Of a stretch of DNA of 64,000 bases, positions 18,128 to 26,616 are shown one piece after another; position 1 is the first letter of the stretch, and every line of letters starts with the position of its first letter. The DNA comes from Candidatus Micrarchaeota archaeon (GTDB taxonomy: Archaea > Micrarchaeota > Micrarchaeia > Micrarchaeales > CABMGC01): positions 2,825-66,824 of the forward strand of contig JAJZKU010000002.1 of the NCBI GenBank assembly GCA_021850705.1, in the 5' to 3' direction. A program made the translations under genes and the position numbers. The notes beneath the pieces were generated by a model, which saw nothing but the letters and a program-made list of their open reading frames with translations, was not told the DNA's origin and ran no database searches.

Positions 18128-19354
18128 TCATTTTATGTTCAGGCTCATGAGTATCAGTACCGATATTACATAGAATGGTATTGCAAGAATGAATGTAGAG
18201 AGATATGATACATTTGCATATAGATAACCGGAGAATATCTGTGCAGGGAAGGCAGCAATAAGTGGCATTACGCTGAACAGAGCCATCAGCTTCCCGCGCT
18301 GCTCCTTTTCAGAGAGATTGCCTTCAAGAGTTGACATGGATGGCTGTGCTATCGCACCGCCCACACCACCTGTAACGCTCCAGGCCAGTAGATCATTCAT
18401 GCCGTTTGAGGATACAAAGATGAACATTGACAGCGGAGAGAAGAGGGCTGCAAGTATGGTTGCCTTCTTCAGCCCTGCGCGTTTTATTATCCTAACTGAA
18501 GGAATCAGGACAATTACGGTTGCAAGACCTGTAATTCCGCTTAGCAATCCGTAGGTTATTGGAGACAGGCTCAGCTGCTTTACAAGATATATTGATACGA
18601 AGATGGTAGTAAAGCTTGCAGCTATGCTAGAAGTTACGGTATACCAGAGCAGCTTCTTCGCATCGCTGTTTGCCTTTTTGATAGTGTAAGCATAATCGCT
18701 TATCATACTCCTGAAGTTCTTCAGGAAAGGCTCCTTAAGCCGGGGCTTGGGCTTATATGTCTCACCAAGCTTTACCGAGCGGTAGAACATCGCTGTCAAT
18801 CCTAGAATACCGCTTGCAAAGAATGCTATCTTCAATCCGTTTATATCTCCATAGTTAACCATCAGCAGACCGCCTATAACTGGTGCAAATACTGCAGGAA
18901 GGGTATTGAGTATTGCAAAGGACGCAAATCCCGAAGGGCGCATATCCTGCCTCATCGATTCAGTCAGCACAGAGTTGAATGCAGGCGTGTATATGCTACA
19001 GATTGATCCTATTATGACAGGAACGAGTATAAACTGCCAGGTGTTTATGAAGAGATAAAGGAAGGCGCTTCCTGCAGCTACAGTACTGAATATAACTATG
19101 ACCTTTCTCCTTCCAAATACGTCAGCAAGATACCCTCCCAGAACAAGTGCAATTGCAGTCACGACGGAGCTTATCGCTGCCATTACTGCAATGTACAGCA
19201 GAGGCATTCCTAGCGCCTTGAAGAATATAGACTGGAATGGTGAATACATGAAGCTGCCGATTCCCCATATTGCAGAGGTAAGCGTTATTATCCATGCATC
19301 TTTAGGCAGATAAAACCTGAATCCATCAGTCTTATTTCCTTTGCGTGTGGCCAT
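18128..19354 (-). CDS. MFS transporter
   Basis: About 12 hydrophobic segments and a GGYLADVFGRRKV loop 2-3 motif. Confidence 0.85.
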   Translation of the reverse strand: MATRKGNKTDGFRFYLPKDAWIITLTSAIWGIGSFMYSPFQSIFFKALGMPLLYIAVMAAISSVVTAIALVLGGYLADVFGRRKVIVIFSTVAAGSAFLYLFINTWQFILVPVIIGSICSIYTPAFNSVLTESMRQDMRPSGFASFAILNTLPAVFAPVIGGLLMVNYGDINGLKIAFFASGILGLTAMFYRSVKLGETYKPKPRLKEPFLKNFRSMISDYAYTIKKANSDAKKLLWYTVTSSIAASFTTIFVSIYLVKQLSLSPITYGLLSGITGLATVIVLIPSVRIIKRAGLKKATILAALFSPLSMFIFVSSNGMNDLLAWSVTGGVGGAIAQPSMSTLEGNLSEKEQRGKLMALFSVMPLIAAFPAQIFSGYLYANVSYLSTFILAIPFYVISVLILMSLNIK

Positions 19355-19554
19355 GTTTCATCTTTTCATTAGTAAAGAAATATAAACAGAGATTATCTGC
19401 ATATTCCGAAGAATAGATAATTACAGTCCGCATAATGTAAAGGCAGAGAGTCTAACATAATTAGTAATGACCTTCCCAACCCTCTGAACAGGTTATACAT
19501 GTTGTATATATAATCCTTGTAGCAAGTTAGACAAAAAACGTTGTGGCAGTCATA

Positions 19555-19562
19555 TTTAAATA
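19555..19562 (+). promoter_or_regulatory. TATA box TTTAAATA upstream of the small ORF at 19593
   Basis: About 31-38 nt upstream of the ATG at 19593. Confidence 0.35.
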
Positions 19563-19592
19563 TGGTCTATTGCATCTATCGAGTGTGTATTT

Positions 19593-19790
19593 ATGCACAA
19601 AACCAAAGAAATAACCTCTGAGAGTAAACAGGCAGAAGCAGATTCAACACAGAAAAACCAGAAGGTCACGGTTCTTGATCAGCAGGGCAGATTCTCTTCA
19701 GAACAACGTATAGAAAAGGAGGACACAGATCCGACGGACCTGAGAAGAGGAGGCATGTCCAAGCCCTTCCTTAGGAAGGCTACTTTCTAG
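19593..19790 (+). CDS. small hydrophilic hypothetical protein (65 aa)
   Basis: ORF with a well-placed TATA box; no homology recognised. Confidence 0.35.
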   Translation: MHKTKEITSESKQAEADSTQKNQKVTVLDQQGRFSSEQRIEKEDTDPTDLRRGGMSKPFLRKATF

Positions 19791-19963
19791 ATTCTGAAAT
19801 ATTTACAGCAAGACGAATGCTCTTAGATACTTTTAAATATCACAAAAACCTATCTTCTTCCATCAGTCTTTATGCATTCTTTAATCAACTGACGACCAGA
19901 CAAAATAAGACTAGCTAGAGAAAATGCGTCGTAAAGACCGCGTGTGTTTAACAATCATAAGAG

Positions 19964-20251
19964 ATGAACAATATGAAATTAGTTGAAATATGGAGAGGAA
20001 ATAAAGCTGCAAAAGCAGAAGCAGATGAGGCCATAGCTGCAGGCATAGATGCATTTGTTGCTGCCTTCAGAGATAAATTGAACCTCGGTTCAATAGATAC
20101 AAGTGCAGGGAAGACGCCTTTCGGCACAACAGTCATAGATACTTCTCATGATACTGGCTTTAATCAAGTACCAATATCTAGAATTAAGGTAGCACTGTCT
20201 CAAGAAACACTTCGTTTTCTGCGAAGAAGGCATCAGGAAGATGGCAAATAA
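19964..20251 (+). CDS. hypothetical protein (95 aa), first gene of the beta-helix cluster
   Basis: ORF track; co-directional and tightly spaced with the next four genes. Confidence 0.45.
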   Translation: MNNMKLVEIWRGNKAAKAEADEAIAAGIDAFVAAFRDKLNLGSIDTSAGKTPFGTTVIDTSHDTGFNQVPISRIKVALSQETLRFLRRRHQEDGK

Positions 20252-20266
20252 ACCCCTACTGATTAG

Positions 20267-20914
20267 ATGATACTCTCAAAGAGCAGTACTGCAGACGAAG
20301 CAATCTGTGCGGAAAGGAAAGGCACAGTAGTCATACCTGGTGACCTTGTACTTTATAGAAGTACTAGATATCCTGGAAGCGTCATTGTACAGGGGAATAT
20401 AACAGGATACAGGGGAAGAGGATATAACCTGACTATTCTCGATGGAGATCTTTCTGCACAGGACATAATAATCGGAGACCTTAAACTGTCTGGAAACGTG
20501 AGGGCAAGATCCATAGACGTTCAGAATCTCCGTTGCAACAATGTATCTGCAGTAAGGGAGCTGTACTGTAACAATATATCTGCTGCAAATATCTCTGCAG
20601 ATGAGATATGCGCTAAGAGAGTAAAGGCAGAAGGAGATATCACTGCCCGCATTCTGATATCCCTTGCCAGTATATCTGCAAAGGATCTGCTTGTAGATTA
20701 TGTGAGCGCAGTGAAAGATATAAGCATAAGGAATGCCGAGGCAAAGGACAGCATAATCACAGAAAAGGACATATTCTACAATCTGATATGCCACGCCCAC
20801 AGGAAGGTATGGTACAGGCATGCGTATCCGCAGTTTGAAAATGCTCCTCCCCCATTCGTATCTAATGAGGATATAGATATCAAAAACATCCTTTACAAGG
20901 GAAAAAGAGGTTAA
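20267..20914 (+). CDS. beta-solenoid repeat protein, bactofilin-like
   Basis: Periodic short repeats: GDLKLSGNVRARSIDVQNLRCNNVSAVRELYCNNISAANISADEICAKRVKAEGDITARILISLASISAKDL. Confidence 0.5.
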   Translation: MILSKSSTADEAICAERKGTVVIPGDLVLYRSTRYPGSVIVQGNITGYRGRGYNLTILDGDLSAQDIIIGDLKLSGNVRARSIDVQNLRCNNVSAVRELYCNNISAANISADEICAKRVKAEGDITARILISLASISAKDLLVDYVSAVKDISIRNAEAKDSIITEKDIFYNLICHAHRKVWYRHAYPQFENAPPPFVSNEDIDIKNILYKGKRG

Positions 20915-20918
20915 TTGT

Positions 20919-21353
20919 ATGAAAATAATGAGAACGGATAAACAGAAGGTGCAAGAGACCGTAATAAAAGGCAATCTTGTACTAGAAGGAGATATGTCGT
21001 ACCATGGCAATCTGGTAGTAGAAGGAAGTGTATCTGGCACGTGCGGTTCAAGATTCAACTTAGAAGTAAACGGTGATTTACGTGTATCTGGAAATGTGTC
21101 TGTAAGCAAGTTAACAGTCACAGGTAACATGCATTCCGATGCCAATATCTCAGCAAGATCAATATCTGCCCTTGACATCTCAGCATGCAGCATATCTGCC
21201 AACAGTGTACGTGCGCGTGATATAACAACATGCGAGATTCGTTCATATTCAGTAACTGCACACTCAATATCCCGTAATCCAGAATGCGGGCATGCAGAAA
21301 AGACAAAGGAGCAGTTATTCGTATCTCTTAAGAGGAATCCAATACTATATTAG
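20919..21353 (+). CDS. beta-solenoid repeat protein, bactofilin-like (polymer-forming cytoskeletal DUF583-like)
   Basis: VIKGNLVLEGDMSYHGNLVVEGSVSG...LEVNGDLRVSGNVSVSKLTVTGNMHSDANISARSISALDISACSISANSVRA matches the G-x-hydrophobic periodicity of bactofilin windings. Confidence 0.5.
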   Translation: MKIMRTDKQKVQETVIKGNLVLEGDMSYHGNLVVEGSVSGTCGSRFNLEVNGDLRVSGNVSVSKLTVTGNMHSDANISARSISALDISACSISANSVRARDITTCEIRSYSVTAHSISRNPECGHAEKTKEQLFVSLKRNPILY

Positions 21354-21379
21354 AAGTTCTAAATATATATTAGTAATAA

Positions 21380-22033
21380 ATGATTTACTTGCGTTTAAGG
21401 ATAAACAGTGATAATATGCAGACAATGCAAAAAATGATACAGGAAATAAAGGCAGCACAGCATCCACTGTCACAGGTGCCGATAATTTTCAAGAGATTAA
21501 TAAGAGAGGATGCTCTTGAAGATGGCAAAGGCTCATACGGAGATACTATGGCGCGAAGGCTGACTCCTGTAAAGCTTGAGATACCTGAGGAATATGTACA
21601 TGTGACTCTGAAGCTTGCTGCAATGTCCTTTCTGTTTAATGATGACTTCAGAACAGACCTCTTTATGAATTCCACTACCATGATACAAGGCAAGAGCAGA
21701 ACAAGCGAGGGTTACTTCGAGATACTTGAAAATCATAGGACCAGAGTCGGAACACACGCAAATGGGATATTCAGACCTGTAGATAAATATACTTTCTACA
21801 ACCTACCTACAGAGAAGAGATCATTTCACTTGTGCGGAAGAATTGGCGGTTTATACATAGATGCAGATCCTAAGAGGGGCCTTATAGTGTATACAACTCC
21901 TTTCCACCCTGATGACCTCAGCATAGCGCTAGCAAGAAGGTCAGACCTTGACCCGGTTATATACGGTGAACAAATGTCAAGGGGTAAGGCATTTATTAAT
22001 ACTCTAAAGTCTGTAACAAGAAGATATCTATAA
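21380..22033 (+). CDS. orphan 'LPxxR' family protein, member 1
   Basis: Shares FYNLPTEKRSFHLCG and a C-terminal ...RRYL with 22057..22656, 58623..59099 and 59161..59682. The likely true start is MQTMQKM at 21416. Confidence 0.55.
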   Translation: MIYLRLRINSDNMQTMQKMIQEIKAAQHPLSQVPIIFKRLIREDALEDGKGSYGDTMARRLTPVKLEIPEEYVHVTLKLAAMSFLFNDDFRTDLFMNSTTMIQGKSRTSEGYFEILENHRTRVGTHANGIFRPVDKYTFYNLPTEKRSFHLCGRIGGLYIDADPKRGLIVYTTPFHPDDLSIALARRSDLDPVIYGEQMSRGKAFINTLKSVTRRYL

Positions 22034-22056
22034 TTCTAACAATATATTGGATATTC

Positions 22057-22656
22057 TTGATAAATATTGGTGGTAGTATTACCATAATAAAGGAGTATAC
22101 GAAAGAGATAAAGCCGGTATTCATATCTGATGATAAAGTAACCCCAGCAGAGCTTAAGGGTGCTATGAGAAAGGGATGCAGGGAGGCTACTCCTGCAGAA
22201 ATTGCATTAATGTATGTGTATGGCGACTTTCTCCAAGATAATTTTGGTCTGGTCTTTGCTAATGAGTTGCACGAGAAAGGGGCGGTGCGGACATCAATAA
22301 AAGGACTAGGTGGGAGATATGGCTATCATGAGATACAAAACAACGGTTCCTTCACACATATAACTGATATTGCTAAATTTGCCAAACTCCCTTCACAAAG
22401 ACGCGCACTGCTTATTCCAGGGGATAGTTATCTGATGTTCGGATGCCATCTTCCGTATACTGATGGGGATCCGGACGCATACCTAAAAGTATCAGCTGAC
22501 GATTTTGACGATATGACCCAGATTGTCCGCATAGATCCAAAGACAAAGTCCGTAAAAAGGCTTGATCTGGATCCTGAGCTGAAGAAGCATCATTTTGCAT
22601 ATGTAAAAGATGATAGCGAGATGGTTCTGATCAAGGCACGCAGGTATTTAGAGTGA
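22057..22656 (+). CDS. orphan 'LPxxR' family protein, member 2
   Basis: PVFISDDKV...CREATPAEIALMY and FAKLPSQRRALLIPG align with the paralogs at 58.6-59.7 kb. Confidence 0.55.
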   Translation: MINIGGSITIIKEYTKEIKPVFISDDKVTPAELKGAMRKGCREATPAEIALMYVYGDFLQDNFGLVFANELHEKGAVRTSIKGLGGRYGYHEIQNNGSFTHITDIAKFAKLPSQRRALLIPGDSYLMFGCHLPYTDGDPDAYLKVSADDFDDMTQIVRIDPKTKSVKRLDLDPELKKHHFAYVKDDSEMVLIKARRYLE

Positions 22657-23320
22657 TACTAATAATATTTTAGCTATTCTAAATAAATGTTAGATTACTT
22701 ATACTGATCAGGAATTAATGCCTTTTCTTTCCATATTATTGAATTATAATAGTATATATGTATTAAACAATTGATTTCCAAAATACTGGTACAAATCAAC
22801 AACAGCTTAAAGTCATGTATTTCAGATTTATGGAAAATAAGGGCTTTCTGTGAAGCCATCCATATTATTGTAAAAAACAGGATAAAAATAATGCTTTTCC
22901 TCGTGCTTGTATTTTTCTGCCAGATCTATGGAAGATACATTAAAGTTATCAATAATATGGAATTTTGATAAACAGGCTTGTAAAGGCCGGGATTTTACAA
23001 GGAAGAACCATGCCCAAATCTCCGACGACAAATTTTGCGCAGAATTGCGTTTTAAGAAATGATTATCAGTACATCAAATAAAAACCAGGTAGGAGCGACA
23101 TGTTCTTTAAACTCAAATAAAAGCACGTTATATAATTACTAATAATATATGAGAAATACTAATATAATATTAGAATACTACTGCTATGCAAAAGTGCTAC
23201 AATTCATATTTGCAATAATAAGATGAAAAGACAGAAGATAAAACTCCTGCCAGAACTGGATCCATCTCCAGCTTATATTAAGCTACCAATATCCTGATCC
23301 TATTATCCCTTTTTATACCT

Positions 23321-23803
23321 TCATCTACGGTGTCCCATCCAGATACGGCCTCCGTCCCTATCTCCATAATATCTATATGGCATATCTCCATAGCCTCTGT
23401 CATAATCATAATCCGGTGCTCTATAACCATAGTTCAATATTCTTCCTCCATAGTCATAATCAGGTACGGTGTAACTATAGTTAGGTACTGTATAATCGTA
23501 GCTATACCCGTAACCAGGTATTGCTCCAGGATTATAATATGGTAAAACCCCTCCATAATTGTAATACCATCCTCCATTCGGATAGCTGTATGGGTTTGTC
23601 TCACTATAAACTATCTGCCCGTCAGTATATCCTCCAACCATGCCTACCTGTCCGTAAAAAGGCACACAGCCTGATACTGAAGCGGTAGCTGCCAATGCTG
23701 CTCCTACTACTGCCACCTTTCTGACAGCTTCTTTAAACGTACTTGATCTCGCTTTCTGCTCACCTACAGTTGTAGAATCAGTAACTCTTGCCATTGTTTT
23801 CAT
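23321..23803 (-). CDS. Tyr/Gly/Pro-rich secreted protein with lipobox-like signal anchor
   Basis: N-terminus ...TFKEAVRKVAVVGAALAATASVSGC, then low-complexity repeats (YSYDYTVPNYSYTVPDYDYGG...). Confidence 0.6.
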   Translation of the reverse strand: MKTMARVTDSTTVGEQKARSSTFKEAVRKVAVVGAALAATASVSGCVPFYGQVGMVGGYTDGQIVYSETNPYSYPNGGWYYNYGGVLPYYNPGAIPGYGYSYDYTVPNYSYTVPDYDYGGRILNYGYRAPDYDYDRGYGDMPYRYYGDRDGGRIWMGHRR

Positions 23804-23961
23804 TATACCACATACAACTTGTGGTTTTTACCATTGATAAAGATTTTTTGGTGAACGACAAACGACTAAATGGATATTTACAAGATGCAGGATCATCTGC
23901 CGACTGCTAACTGCAATAAATAAAAAGAAAGGGCAGATGCCTGGCACCTGCCCATAACTGT

Positions 23962-24498
23962 CTACTCTATCTTCCAGCTGCCATCAGGCTGTTGGCACGC
24001 AACTCCTTTTATCGTCTGTGCCTGCCCGCCTATGAAACCTGTCGTGACATAGCTTCTGCATACCTGCCCAGCTGCCTGTCCATTCTGCGGTACATACTGC
24101 TGTGTAGGGGTTACGCTATACCTGTTTCCATATGGGTTTGTCCAGACAGTCGTCCTGCCTACAGGGTTTTCAGTTATTGCATTATATGCATTTATCTGGT
24201 CCTGCCTGTCCATGCTCCTGCCTATGGAACCACCTATGTAAGCTCCTGCAAGCGTTCCTATTATAGTGGCTGCAGCCCTTCCTTCTCCCTGTCCTATCTG
24301 GCTTCCAATCACTCCTCCTAGGACTCCTCCAACTAACTGGCCATTCTGCTGGTATGTTGCGCATCCTGCTGCAGATACTGCAACAACCGCTCCTACCACT
24401 GCGCCTCTCACAGCGTTCTTGAATGTATCTACTCTCTTATTCCATTCCTTATGCGCTGCTCCTGTATTTCTCTCGCTGCTCTTTTGTTTTGTCTCCAT
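23962..24498 (-). CDS. glycine-zipper / 17-kDa-surface-antigen-like lipoprotein
   Basis: N-terminus ...TFKNAVRGAVVGAVVAVSAAGC (lipobox-like). Glycine zipper GGVLGGVIGSQIGQGEGRAAATIIGTLAGAYIGGSIG. The C-terminal domain contains conserved Cys residues. Confidence 0.7.
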   Translation of the reverse strand: METKQKSSERNTGAAHKEWNKRVDTFKNAVRGAVVGAVVAVSAAGCATYQQNGQLVGGVLGGVIGSQIGQGEGRAAATIIGTLAGAYIGGSIGRSMDRQDQINAYNAITENPVGRTTVWTNPYGNRYSVTPTQQYVPQNGQAAGQVCRSYVTTGFIGGQAQTIKGVACQQPDGSWKIE

Positions 24499-24550
24499 TA
24501 TATCACGTTAAAATAACTCCTAATAGATTAAAGCATATTCCTTAAATGGA

Positions 24551-25033
24551 CTACTCTTTATTATCTGAATTCAGGTAGCCTTTTATTGTACGTGTATACT
24601 TTACTGCGTTGTTATCCGTGTCAGGCTCTGCGCTTCTTCTCAATTCCTTCAGAAGCTCATTATGCTCTTCGTCAAGCTGTTCATATATCTCCTTTATCAT
24701 CGCACTATGATCGCTGTCAGTTACAGTAAATTCATCAGTAGATACAGTAACGGAGTATCTATACCAGCTATCAAAATGTCCCTCATAGTATTTTTTCATC
24801 AACTTTACTGCAACATCTATGCCTTCTACCCGTACACTGCCTGAATAGCTGCCTAACTGATCTGTCTTAGGATCAGGCGCATCGTACTGCCATGTGCTGA
24901 CCATCTTTGCAAGCTTAAATGCCTCTACGCCTGTCAAGGAATGCATTTCGCGATACTCTTCGCTTACCTCTCTTTTAACCGTGGCTATCTCCTCTTCTCT
25001 CAATGCTACTCTTCCTATTCTTTTTGTCTCCAT
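24551..25033 (-). CDS. orphan protein, tandem copy A (160 aa)
   Basis: Differs from copy B at two residues. Confidence 0.7.
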   Translation of the reverse strand: METKRIGRVALREEEIATVKREVSEEYREMHSLTGVEAFKLAKMVSTWQYDAPDPKTDQLGSYSGSVRVEGIDVAVKLMKKYYEGHFDSWYRYSVTVSTDEFTVTDSDHSAMIKEIYEQLDEEHNELLKELRRSAEPDTDNNAVKYTRTIKGYLNSDNKE

Positions 25034-25085
25034 TATATCACGTTAAAATAACTCCTAATAGATTAAAGCATATTCCTTAAATGGA

Positions 25086-25568
25086 CTACTCTTTATTATC
25101 TGAATTCAGATAGCCCTTTATTGTACGTGCATACTTTACTGCATTGTTATCCGTGTCAGGCTCTGCGCTTCTTCTCAATTCCTTCAGAAGCTCATTATGC
25201 TCTTCGTCAAGCTGTTCATATATCTCCTTTATCATCGCACTATGATCGCTGTCAGTTACAGTAAATTCATCAGTAGATACAGTAACGGAGTATCTATACC
25301 AGCTATCAAAATGTCCCTCATAGTATTTTTTCATCAACTTTACTGCAACATCTATGCCTTCTACCCGTACACTGCCTGAATAGCTGCCTAACTGATCTGT
25401 CTTAGGATCAGGCGCATCGTACTGCCATGTGCTGACCATCTTTGCAAGCTTAAATGCCTCTACGCCTGTCAAGGAATGCCTTTCGCGATACTCTTCGCTT
25501 ACCTCTCTTTTAACTGTGGCTATCTCCTCTTCTCTCAATGCTACTCTTCCTATTCTTTTTGTCTCCAT
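25086..25568 (-). CDS. orphan protein, tandem copy B (160 aa)
   Basis: Near-identical to copy A, 535 bp away. Confidence 0.7.
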   Translation of the reverse strand: METKRIGRVALREEEIATVKREVSEEYRERHSLTGVEAFKLAKMVSTWQYDAPDPKTDQLGSYSGSVRVEGIDVAVKLMKKYYEGHFDSWYRYSVTVSTDEFTVTDSDHSAMIKEIYEQLDEEHNELLKELRRSAEPDTDNNAVKYARTIKGYLNSDNKE

Positions 25569-25625
25569 TATATCACGTTCAAAAATCCTAACTAGATTAA
25601 AGCATATTAATTAAAAGGACTACTC

Positions 25626-26114
25626 TTAATTATCCGATTTCAGATAGCCCTTTATTGTACGTGCATACTTTACTGCATTGTTATCCGTGTCAGGCTCTAT
25701 GCCTCTTCTCAATTCCTTCAGAAGCGCATTATGCTCTGCGTCAAGCTGTTCATATAGCTCTCTTATCATCGGTCTGACATTATACCCTCTGTCAGTTCCA
25801 GTAAATTCATCAGTAGATACGGTAACGGAGTACATGTGCTCGATACCTCCAAACTCTCCAACACAGCGTTCTTTCATCAGCTTTACTGCAACATCTATGC
25901 CCTCTACGCATACATTGCCTGAATAGCTGCCTACCTGCTCTGCCTTCTTAGGATCAGGTCCATAGTACTGCCATGTGCTGACCATCTTTGCAAGCTCAAA
26001 GGCTTCTACGCCTGTCAAGGAATGCTTTCTGCGATACTCTTCGTTTACTCCTCTCTTCATTTCATTTATCTCATCTCCTCTCAATGCTACTCTTCCTATG
26101 CTCTTTGTTTCCAT
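25626..26114 (-). CDS. orphan protein, tandem copy C (diverged)
   Basis: The track ORF runs to 26135. The internal METKSIGRVALRGDEI... aligns with the METKRIGRVALREEEI start of copies A and B. Confidence 0.65.
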   Translation of the reverse strand: METKSIGRVALRGDEINEMKRGVNEEYRRKHSLTGVEAFELAKMVSTWQYYGPDPKKAEQVGSYSGNVCVEGIDVAVKLMKERCVGEFGGIEHMYSVTVSTDEFTGTDRGYNVRPMIRELYEQLDAEHNALLKELRRGIEPDTDNNAVKYARTIKGYLKSDN

Positions 26115-26135
26115 AATACCATCATTAAAAATCAA

Positions 26136-26483
26136 TTACTTCCTCACTTCTTTCTTCAGCTCCTTCTTGTGCTTGACATAGACGTTCCTCATCGTAAGCG
26201 CATGCGAGCATGGGTTTCCGTAGAAGTGTGCAGAGGTGCAGGTGCATCTGCTCTCAGCTATGTCATTGCCTTTTGACAGCCTCATCTTCACCCCGAAGTA
26301 TGTGCCTCCGTGCTCCTCACTCTCAACATATCCCTTAATCAGATGTGAACCCGGGGTTATTCCGCCATGTATCTCCTTTATCCTAACGCTTTTGTCGTAG
26401 CTCTCTATAATGAAGCTCTCCTTACTGACCTGCGCTGTAGGATATGTAACAGGCCTGTACTTTGCTCTTACCGATTCCTGCAT
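26136..26483 (-). CDS. small SWIM zinc-finger protein
   Basis: CTCTSAHFYGNPCSHAL is a CxCx(n)CxH SWIM signature. A paralog lies at 47396..47755. Confidence 0.75.
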   Translation of the reverse strand: MQESVRAKYRPVTYPTAQVSKESFIIESYDKSVRIKEIHGGITPGSHLIKGYVESEEHGGTYFGVKMRLSKGNDIAESRCTCTSAHFYGNPCSHALTMRNVYVKHKKELKKEVRK

Positions 26484-26616
26484 CTAATCAACTAATTATT
26501 TACAACAAAAATGAACAAATTATTCATATATAAACCTGCATGGTGCCATACGTGCAAAGGCTAATGCCTTCGGATACTGCCTTTTTATAGGTTTGTTGCA
26601 AGGCTACTTACTATTG

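Larger units (their letters stand above)
24487..26135. repeat. tandem gene triplication (two near-identical 535-bp units plus one diverged unit), including intergenic promoter regions
   Basis: The intergenic stretch 24499-24550 is repeated at 25034-25085. The first codons ATGGAGACAAAA (METK) are also shared with the downstream lipoprotein gene start at 24498. Confidence 0.9.

Noticed and set aside
20276-21202. 308-aa minus-strand ORF spanning both bactofilin-like genes
   Set aside because: It is antisense to two co-directional plus-strand ORFs and crosses their intergenic gap. The Cys/Tyr/Ile/Ser-rich sequence mirrors the plus-strand repeat periodicity. The plus-strand reading gives coherent beta-solenoid repeats, so the minus ORF is judged an artefact.
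22771-23031. Two overlapping short ORFs (65 and 67 aa) in the AT-rich gap
   Set aside because: They are mutually exclusive, lack promoter or RBS signals and have AT-biased low-information sequences. They may be remnants of a degraded gene, but a CDS call cannot be supported.
24487-26135. Regularly spaced repeats considered as a possible CRISPR array
   Set aside because: The units are 535 bp long and each encodes a full 160-aa ORF plus its promoter. There is no short repeat/spacer organisation and no cas genes are present.
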